64,000 nt of DNA from Antedon mediterranea (taxonomy: Eukaryota; Animalia; Echinodermata). Position 1 is the stretch's first letter, and the number at the start of each line of letters is the position of its first letter. Under the pieces are notes generated by a model. That model was not told where the DNA came from. It saw nothing but the letters and a program-made list of their open reading frames with translations, and ran no database searches. Of this stretch, positions 12,343-22,590 are shown piece after piece. The translations under genes and the position numbers were made by a program. The DNA is taken from the NCBI RefSeq assembly GCF_964355755.1, contig NC_092674.1, forward strand, positions 1,674,001 to 1,738,000, given 5' to 3'.

Positions 12343-14654
12343 GTCCAGATCCCTATGTATTTTCGTGTGCAGATCATGGGGAAAGTGTAAACATTGTGTT
12401 TTATGAATATTTCAATCATGCTGGTTATAAAAACCCATGTTGTCAAATTTCTAAAATTCATCTTTGACCTCTGACCTCAATTTGAATGTTTTGACCCATT
12501 GAAAACAAAATGATCATATCTTTGCAACGCTTAGATTAAATGAAATAATTTTAGTGTCAAATTATTTGGGAGATGCATATTAATATTCGTTCTAATGAAA
12601 AAGTTTGTCCAAAAATGGCTGGAAGTATGATTTTTGGCATATTTGACCTTTGACCTACATATCATATAACTCCGTAACTAATAGTTGGACAAACTTTAAA
12701 TAGGGCTCAAATTAATCTGAAGGTATATGTTTCTATTCAGTCTAATAAGAACTTTTAAAAGAAAATGACCCGAAATATTTTTATTGACCTTTGACCTGTA
12801 CTGGTAGTACATATTTCTATAATCTCAAAAACTATTGGCCGTAAAATGGTTGTTTTTGTGAAATGGTTCGAACAATTTACATTTATATGTTTATAATAAC
12901 AACATTTTATAGAAATGTTAAAGAATTTTATTTATGATCACTAACTTTGTAATTTATTAACATCACTAGCATTTGTTATAATATTAAAATGTGTCATATT
13001 TGCTGATTTTACGCACTTCACATGAATTTATCAGAAAATATGTGTATTTAATATAATGTTGTTTTTTTTTTATATAAAGACAATTTAATTATCTATCAAA
13101 TAAGACTATTTTCAAATTATTATGGCTAAAACTTAATTAGATACAGGCAAAAAAGTGTATTTTTACTTATGTGAACAGCGCCCTCAATCTTCATTTTTTC
13201 CCAAAAAATACCACATTTTTATGTGGTTTCATAAACTTAGCTGGTTGTAACTTTTTAAAAGATTTGTTGTCAGTGACGTGTAACTTACATACACCTTCTA
13301 CCATATACTAAGTAAGTTTCTGAGATAAAATGAAAACAATGTTTTTATAGCTTGATATTTTTCCTGAGGTTATTACATGGTGCATGCTAAAAATATTTTG
13401 ATTTTGTGCTAAAAATCCATCTTTTTGGTCCAGTACAAACAATCTTGTACAGCCATTCTTACACAAACAGCATATTTTATTGGAAAGATAATCATAATAT
13501 CTATCCAATAAAATATGAATTTTGTGTATTATATCTGCTAGATAGCTTTTATTAAACCAAAAAGATGGACTTTTAGCTCAAAATTAAAATTTTTTTTTTG
13601 TGTGTATCATGTAATAACCTCAACAAAAATATCAAGCTATCGGAATATTTTTCTCATTTTTTTCAGAAACTGACCTAGTACGTTATAAAAGAGGTATGTA
13701 AATTAGAGGTTACTTTAAAAAGTCTTTAAAACAAAGTTATAACCTGTTTAGTTCAGGAAAACACATAAAAATGTGGTATTTTTTGGGAAAAAATGAAGAT
13801 TGAGGGCGCTGTTCACACAAGTAAAAATACACTTTTTTGCCTGTATCTAATTAAGTTTTAGCCATAATAATTTGAAAATAGTCTTATTTGATAGACAATT
13901 AAATTTTCTTTATATAAAAAAAAAAAAACTTTATATTAAATACACATAATTCTGATAAATTCATGTGAAGTGCTTAAAATCAGCAAATATAACACATTTT
14001 AATATTATAACAAATGCTAGTGATGTTAATAAATTATAAAGTTAGTGATCATAAATAGAATTCTTTTACATTTCTATAAAATGTTGTTATTATACAACAT
14101 ATAAATGTAAATTGTTCAAACCATTTCACAAAAACAACCATTTTACGGCCAATAGTTTTTGAGATTATAGAAATATGTACTACCAGTACAGGTCAAAGGT
14201 CAATAAAAATATTTCGGGTCATTTTCTTGTAAAAGTTCTTATTAGACTGAATAGAAACATATACGTTCAGATTAATTTGAGCCCTATTTAAAGTTTGTCC
14301 AACTATTAGTTACGGAGTTATATGATATGTAGGTCAAAGGTCAAATATGCCAAAAATCATACTTCCAGCCATTTTTGGACAAACTTTTCCATTAGAACGA
14401 ATATTAATATGCATCTCCCAAATAATTTGACACTAAAATTATTTAATGTAATCTTAGCGTTGCAAAGATATGGTCATTTTGTTTTCAATGGGTCAAAACA
14501 TTCAAATTGAGGTCAGAGGTCAAAGATGAATTTTAGAAATTTGACAACATGGGTTTTTATAATCAGCATGATTCAAATATTCATAAAACACAATGTTTAC
14601 ACTTTCCCCATGATCTGCACACGAAGGCACTTTTTTTGACATAGGGATCTGGAC
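12343..14654. mobile_element. 2.3-kb foldback/palindromic non-autonomous DNA transposon with TA TSD
   Basis: The left arm GTCCAGATCCCTATG... is the reverse complement of the right arm ...CATAGGGATCTGGAC. Symmetry continues to a 7-nt loop at about 13491-13497. TA flanks both ends (12341-2, 14655-6). There is no transposase ORF. Confidence 0.85.
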
Positions 14655-15281
14655 TAAATTGTCATCAGCAGGCAGCGCATGCAGCAGCAGATTCCCGCAG
14701 CAGCCACCGCCCGCCGACACGATGATCGCCCCACCACCCCCCACAACTGAAACACAAATCGCTTATCACAGAGGGCGGTCTTCTTCAATTTCGGAATAAA
14801 CCTAATCAGTATTTTGACAGTTTTCTCCATAAATAAAACGTACAATTAATTAACTACACCTATCACAATAACAAACATTAAATATAAATTTACAAATTTA
14901 CAAACATTAATAAAAGGATTACAAAAGTACTATGTTTTAAATATTTTAGTAAAGGCATTTTTTGGATACGTAATTATAAAAACACGTTTCTTTTATTAGA
15001 CGTTACGAACATTTCTATTGTCCTCCTAGCCTTTATTTTTTGAAAACGTTTTAAACACCATATTTGTAAAACTTTTCTTGAATCAAGATCAACATTTAAT
15101 TTTTTTCATTATGTCTTTTCAAAGTTTATAAAACTATTTCTAAGACGTCTTCTTAAAAGTTTTAATTTGATTTGTCTTAAAAAAGGTTTAAATCAAGTTA
15201 TCTAAACTTTTTGTCTTAAAAGTCCATGTCCTTTCAATGTCTTACAAACCTTCAAAAACGTTTTTAAAGACCATGTAAACA

Positions 15282-15907
15282 AAGCCCGTAGCCAGCGAAC
15301 GAGGGTTTGAAAGAAGCACCTTTTTTTCCTACAGTGCCTCCTTCACACCAGAGACCAGCAGTGAAAGTTCTAGTAAATGACTTATTATAATTTTTTGGCT
15401 AATCCTGTCTGAGCCATCAGGCAAATTATTTAGGTATAAACATTTTTCTTCAGTTACTTTATTCTCCAGACTCTTGCACTCCCCTTTTGAAATAAATGCT
15501 AAATAAGTCAGTAAAACCACAATTTCCAAAAAATAAATTTCAATTATCCACTATAAACTGTAAAACAGTGTTGCTTAAACCACACTCCAGAAAAGAAAAT
15601 ATCGAAATTTGGCCAATTATTACGGACATGGGAAACTTGAAGATATACCTTCTCATGATGCACAAGCAATCTAAACAGTCAGAAATTCATTCTGAGCATG
15701 TTAGAAACATAATTATATCTACATATAATATATCTGTGCGCGGTATTGTTGACTGCTAGTTAATTGTACGCTGCGGTCTGTCAATTTACATATAGGCTCT
15801 TGATAATGATGAAATTGGATCTAAATTTTAATTTTTTGGCAAAAAAAACATTTAGTATGAAATTAAGGGTGTTCCCCCTGTGTCCGCCCCTGCTGGCTAC
15901 GGGCTTG
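15282..15907. mobile_element. MITE with AAGCCCGTAGCCAG / CTGGCTACGGGCTT termini
   Basis: About 15-bp inverted termini at 15282 and about 15893-15906. Orphan right ends (cctggctacgg) also occur at about 17071 and 34760. Confidence 0.55.
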
Positions 15908-15999
15908 TGTTTAAAAGGTTACACTATAACGTTTTATTTATTTACACTATTGGTATGTCAAGATTTACATGTATTTGGGACGTTTCTGAAACATATTAC

Positions 16000-16140
16000 A
16001 AACGTTAGAATCAAGAGCATGAGAGGAGTGAAGAGAGAATGGTTAAGAGAATATGTCGATGAGTTTATGTGGCCTACGGCAAGAATTTAGGTTGACAACA
16101 TCTGCAGGATCCATTGCATTTTATAAATTTTCATAAATCA
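16000..16140 (+). pseudogene. Merlin/IS1595(ISXO2)-type transposase C-terminal relic
   Basis: Translates as RIKSMRGVKREWLREYVDEFMW, matching the ISXO2-like RGV..xxLxxYLDEFxW motif. No upstream DDE core is seen. A second degraded copy starts at about 17135. Confidence 0.6.
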
Positions 16141-17171
16141 TCATTTTATTCCACCAGTAAAAGTTTCATGTCAAACCACGATGAACTAATATAACAATGA
16201 TAAGTTTAATATGTACGGTAATTTATATTTTATTATGTGAATAAATATACAATACTAAAATACTGATTATTGAGGAATAGCAAAACTAATTTTGAATTAA
16301 TTTTATTTATGTTTTAATGTTCTATAATACTGTAAAATTGGATCGAAACAAACAAATTATTTACATGAAAAAAATGTAATTTAAAGCAAAATATAGTAAA
16401 CTTGGCAGCCAGCCAGTTTTTGGTCTATTTTAACCAATGTCTTTTTTTTTTCTTCTGCAGAAGTGACTAACTTAACTAGTAGGCCCTATAGGAACAATCT
16501 GATTTAATGCCAGATAACTTGTGATGTAGATATAATGTATGATCAAGTTAATATTGTAGTACATACATTTAATACAGTTTAAAATGGTATTTTTTATTAT
16601 TAAATTGGCAGGTAAATTTCTAAAAAATCCTAATTGTAGTAGCAATTCACATTTACAGCATTCATTTCGAAAAGAAGTCCCTTTTCTTTTACTTACTATT
16701 AAGTCAAATTTTTGAGATAGTAAATTGAAAAAACAAAATCTATGTCAACATTTCAACAAAGCTAATGCTAATGTTTATTTTTTTCTATATTTTTTAAATG
16801 AAATTTATTATTGAACAATAAAATAATAATATAATTGATTGCCGAGATTAATTTATTTTTTAAGTGAAAAGAAAACAAACAAAACAAAAGATTTAGGCCT
16901 ATTGTTAAAAATATTTATTGTTTTTACTTGAAAGACGACATCAGAACTCTGTAACAGGGACACAGCCAGCAAAGCATTTTTCTTCAGTTGCTTACTCTCT
17001 TGCACTTTTCTTCAGTTGCTTACTCTCTTGCACTTTTCCTATTTGCAGGAAAAAGAACCCCTACAAAAATCCTGGCTACGGTTAGAAAGGTTACACTATA
17101 CTATGGAAGTAAGGATTTTAAACGTTTATTTTCAAACGCTAGAACCAAGAGCATGAGAGGAGTGAAGATGG

Positions 17172-17809
17172 TTTGGAGAATAAGTGGATGAGGTGTCTTA
17201 TACGTTAGCTTGACAACATCTTGACAGCAGAATGCTTTGGAGAATAAGTGGATGAGGTGTCTTATACGTTAGCTTGACAACATCTTGACAGCAGAATGCT
17301 TTGGAGAATAAGTGGATGAGGTGTCTTATACGTTAGCTTGACAACATCTTGACAGCAGAATGCTTTGGAGAATAAGTGGATGAGGTGTCTTATACGTTAG
17401 CTTGACAACATCTTGACAGCAGAATGCTTTGGAGAATAAGTGGATGAGGTGTCTTATACGTTAGCTTGACAACATCTTGACAGCAGAATGCTTTGGAGAA
17501 TAAGTGGATGAGGTGTCTTATACGTTAGCTTGACAACATCTTGACAGCAGAATGCTTTGGAGAATAAGTGGATGAGGTGTCTTATACGTTAGCTTGACAA
17601 CATCTTGACAGCAGAATGCTTTGGAGAATAAGTGGATGAGGTGTCTTATACGTTAGCTTGACAACATCTTGACAGCAGAATGCTTTGGAGAATAAGTGGA
17701 TGAGGTGTCTTATACGTTAGCTTGACAACATCTTGACAGCAGAATGCTTTGGAGAATAAGTGGATGAGGTGTCTTATACGTTAGCTTGACAACATCTTGA
17801 CAGCAGAAT
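17172..17809. repeat. 64-bp tandem repeat, 10 copies
   Basis: Unit tttggagaataagtggatgaggtgtcttatacgttagcttgacaacatcttgacagcagaatgc, apparently identical in all copies, with no spacers. Confidence 0.95.
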
Positions 17810-19059
17810 CCATTGCATTTTATTACTTCTTTTTTTTTAACAGATAATAAATCGTCATCATTTTATTCCAACAGTAAAAGTTTTAGGTCAAACAACGATT
17901 AACTAATTCAACAATGAGAATTTACGGTAATTTATATTTCATTATTTTTTATACTGATACGGATGTATACAAAAACTAATTTATTTGTTGTTGTTATGTC
18001 ATTTTATTCTTTGTACTTTAAATGCTGTCCTGTACATTATGCTCCTCTCCCTCGGGAGACTGTTTATGTTGACTAAACTAAATAACGTTGTACAATCAAC
18101 CGTTACTTTGCTGATTACAGTAACGTTCCCATGTTGTATTTTTGTTAGCATTAGTAATGCCGTTATTTAACGTTGGGCCGACATCATTTTGATTCAATGG
18201 TTATGGGAAACGTTGTATTGTATACTAATCCTTGTTTTTACAAATACTGTACTGTAAATAGCTGGATTTAAATATTTTTTTTTTTCGCGCCTTGCCATGC
18301 CCCGCTTAAGGTACAAATTTGTCTTAGGATTTTACTTTCTTAGTGGTTTAATTCAAATAATAGATACAACGTACAGTTAACAAATTTAGAGTTAAAATAC
18401 AAGACGAAAGAGAAATATTGGTCTTGGGTTCGTTATCTTAGGTTTCGTGACACCCTACAGTTAACATTACTCTTATACGCACTACTGTAAATGTAAAACC
18501 TAACTCATAAAACAACGGATCCCACCAAAATTGCCGTTTACTTGCTATCTGGGAATGCGATACAATTAATTAAATTGTGTTCTGATGTAAATATATTTTT
18601 TCAAATATATCCATAGTACTTCATTCTAATAGTAATTGAATAACAAGTGCTTTCGATTTATTTATAATTTACATTTTATTTATATCTAGTAGTGCTTATA
18701 GAATAATATATAATATAATTGGGATATTTTATAATGCTCAATACTGGCTTCTAGGTAGCTTACACAAGAATGTTCATGTCTTAGCATTGCAGCCTGCATG
18801 AATTATTACAGTTCAGAAAAATGTACAACATTTAAATGGACAAATTTCAGAATGTTTGTGTCTGAACAACTGATATTCTTTTTTTCCGTAACCACAACTT
18901 GAAAACGAGTCTAAATTGCCGATTTAAATAAAACAATTTTGCATGTATAGAATTCAAATCCTTAACAACTGTGTCCTCATGCATGCCTCTTCCAAACAGC
19001 ATTAAGCCATGTGCTATTTGATTGTACATATTTGAATTATGTTATGTCTGTTAGTTGGC

Positions 19060-22000
19060 CTACTGATTAGTAAAAGGGATGGCTTCTTTTGAAGAAATGT
19101 CATTTTTTGTGTAAGAATTTGAGCAATGTAGAGCTATTGGTGTTGCCACGACGATGTCATTGTTGCTCGGTGGTGCCATGTAGCTTGGCATTAGTTGAAC
19201 TGAATTGTTTGAAAGCTGCTCTTGTGGATTTTGCGAAAAAAGTTGGGAATTTTGTTTTTGTGATTGAGAAGTATGTAGACTTATTGGTTGTTGTAGATTG
19301 TTAATTTGATGATTTTGTAGTAGTGATTGCTGGTTGTTTTGCTGTTGCGGCATCATATCCACTATTTCTTGAAACATGTCAGGCATTGATGTTATGTTGT
19401 CAAAACTTTTTGGACCACTATCATCTCTATTTGTGAAAGATTGCGTAGTCAAAGATTGCAATACCTCTGCAGCTGCTAAATCCGTATTTATCATATCCAT
19501 CTCTTCTGAATTTTTACAAATTCCATCTTCATTTAAATCCCTATGGGAACCAGCATGTGAATCTTGTGTTGAAATACATGGAATCGGTTTCCTAGGTAAT
19601 GAAGATTTTTTATCCAATTTCTCATGGAACTGTTTACGAATATTTTCAATCTGTTGCAGCAATTCTGTCAATAATTGGACATCCTGGCATTTTTGTGTCA
19701 GATTCTTAATTTCCTTCAACTCAGACCGTACATTCGAAGCTGTATTGCTCAACAAACGAACATGTTTAGGCGATGAAGGACGCTCAGTTTCATCCTGTGA
19801 TTGTGCTTTCTGTGCATTCACAGCAAGGTAAATGTGATTTCGCACCGTTTTCTCATCTGGGTAATATGACCTGTCATAGCTCAAACCAAATAAATAACGT
19901 TTACCCTTTTTTGCACATTCTAATTCAACAAGCTGGTTAATATGATGCTGAACATTTTTAATGGCGGTAATCCCCTCGTTGACTAAATTCTGTATGCACG
20001 TCACCACAAACGGGTTTATTTTACACAATTTATTATTCATACCGATGTCGTGTCCAGAGTGTACTTTTGGATAAGGTAATCGTAAGTAATACCGCTTAAG
20101 GTACTTTACTTTCCCAGATTTCATTTCATTCTGCAAACGATTAATTATTTTTTCTCTTGCCTTTCTTTTTGCATGATCGGTTGAATCCTCTGCAAATGTA
20201 GGCTGTAAAACATCAAAATGTGTAACTATTATCTGTGTAACGTCTATAATTAATTAAACTCTAATTTGGTGACATTAAAGATGTATTCAGGTAAATTTTT
20301 TTTTTCCGATCCAGGTTTATTATTATTTATTACGTGACATTAAAATGGCATATTGAAAAACAAATTTAGGAGGAATATATATCTTTAAAAAGTGATTTAC
20401 AGTACCTTATATTCAGCAAATATCCATAACTCTTTCAGTTCAATAACAGCTTTACAATCTTTTTTAATTGACTTTCTTTTTCTTCTTTTTTTCTTTGATG
20501 ATTCGTTATCAACAATCTACAAAAATAAATATTCCGTTTTACTACACATATTATTACAGGGTATACAGAGTACAGTTTCTACTTTCCTTCTGTATTTTTT
20601 ACCAAAGTGATAAATTTAATGACATACAGTATAAATTTTATCCACCCCAACAACCCAAAATTTGATCTCAGATATTGAATGAGAATTCCATAATATTAGC
20701 TGTATGTAATTATATTATTATGGAAATAAAGATTCAGAGTCAACCACTCCACAACAATAAATTATTACTTTGCTGCAATGTCTTTTTCTACTGCTGCCAC
20801 AAGCATCTGTTGGTTCCTGCTCTTCCACTTCTAAGGCATCTGTTTCAATCACATCTACGGCATCGTCACTTGTTTTATTAGGATCCTTTTTTACCCGTCG
20901 TGTACTTTTAAATGAGCAAACTCGTCTCTCGTAAGCTTGTATGATAAATGGCATGCCAAGATTTGGTAGTTTTAACCACCCATTTCGACTCTGCCATAAT
21001 ATTCGACACTGAGCTGAAAAAAAACCACACCATCATTTCAAAATAAATAAGGACTTACTAGCCCCTAGTAGTAGTTAGTACTCTTGATTAAATATATAAT
21101 AATATTAATTAATACATAAATAAGTAAGTTTAGCTTTATCAGTAATATAGCAGAAATGTTAAAAAAATAACATTATCCTACACTAAAACTCTACTAACAC
21201 TATCAAACTAGGATTAGGCCTCTGTAATGTATGTAGTAGGCCTACCACGTTCTAGATAGCCATCATTATACTATTAGTTTACTAAAAAGTACTAGACTAG
21301 GCCTATATAGGCCTATATATATACAGTTTTATATAACACCTAAATAAATTCCTGTCATTTGATTGGACGAATGTGGGTCACATGGCGTGCAATAGTACGC
21401 ACTATTCAACGATCGTTAAATAGTACTTTTTGAAAATAACTAGAATTTATTTAGATGTTATATAAAACAAATAATGAATGTTTTGTATTCGTGTAATGGT
21501 ACAAATAATGGCACTTGGTGAATGATGAAAGGTTATATCAACTCGGCTTTGCCTCATTGATATAACCTTTCATCATTCACCTCGTGCCATTATTTGTACC
21601 ATTGCACTCATAAACATTCATTATTTGTATAATAGGCGCACCTATAATAGGCTTTAGGCCTATAGTAGAGTATTATGTATAATTACTATTAATTAGGCCC
21701 TTAACTAGTTATATTTTAACCTACTCTCTAATGCTCCAGGGCATTTCTGCCCACTTTGTTTTGATCGTACGTCTGTTTGCGGTTTTGCAGTATCTTCGTC
21801 AGGGCTACGATTATCATTTACATCTGCTAGGCTCTTTCCTGGTTCAAATTCTCGTAGTCGGAGCTGGGTTGTAAGGCCACTTCGCCTCCACGAGTCTCGA
21901 ATGCTAAAGCCAACCCCTCCAGCTCGCTTGTAATCTTCCAAAAAGGTATACAAAATCTCACTTCCTTCAACATAACCAATAACAAAATCTCCATCTTCTT

Positions 22001-22100
22001 CTTTTTCTTTTAAATACTCATTAAATACATGTTTCACTCGTTCATTTATTTGTTCTAGGCCTTCGTTTTCCACTCTTTCTTCGCTTGGTGAAACATTCAT
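19060..22100 (-). CDS. Calcium-responsive transcription factor (CARF)-like protein, 4 exons, about 624 aa
   Basis: Phase-consistent GT-AG exons 22100-21725, 21013-20769, 20516-20406 and 20202-19060. CARF-family motifs: RILWQS..GMPFI, KKDCKAVIELKELWIFAEYK, RYYLRLPYPKVHSGH, IQNLVNEGI and DRSYYPDEKTVRNHIY, followed by a Q/N/S-rich C-terminus. Confidence 0.8.
21325..21630. mobile_element. Dispersed repeat with a long terminal hairpin; partial inverted copy at about 54168-54255
   Basis: ataacacctaaataaattcctgtcatttgattggacga...aacgatcgtt recurs in reverse complement in a DZIP1 intron. 21467-21628 forms a stem of about 70 bp around a ctcggctttgcctc loop. Confidence 0.7.
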
Positions 22101-22590
22101 TATTCCCGGAAATGTAAAATATGACGTCCAGCACGCCCTCATTTTTGGTTTGAAAAAGGAGGATCGGAGCGGATTATTGATTGAAAATGAAAACATACAA
22201 TTAAAAATGTTGAAATAGATTTAGGCTTAGCTAGTAGTATCATTCAAGCTTTTCTCAATATATATATCCTTGTTAAAATGAGGGCATTTTATGACTGTGT
22301 AGTAGTTAATATTACTAATAAGCTTAGGCCTACTAGTTGATCCAGCTAGTACTACCACTGGGCCTACTTTCTAGGTGAGAAGGGTACTATCAGGATAGGC
22401 ATTAGACTTGGCCTGAATTGAAAACCAGCCAACCCAACCTGTGGACCGGGTCGGTTCGTACTCAGTTGCTTTGTAAAATTATTATTGCATATGAAACGAA
22501 ATCGCAATAGGCTCCAAGTATAGGCCTGAATACCATCACATTCACAGCATTACAAAACAAAAACATACCTAGGCCTATAAAAACAATAAC
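22101..22590. promoter_or_regulatory. Putative bidirectional promoter for the CARF-like gene and ZF-B
   Basis: The divergent start codons are only about 490 bp apart, with a cluster of AGGCCT/CTAG motifs between them. Confidence 0.5.

Noticed and set aside
17172-17809. CRISPR-like appearance of this and the other regular arrays
   Set aside because: Units are contiguous and identical with no unique spacers, there are no cas genes, and the context is eukaryotic.
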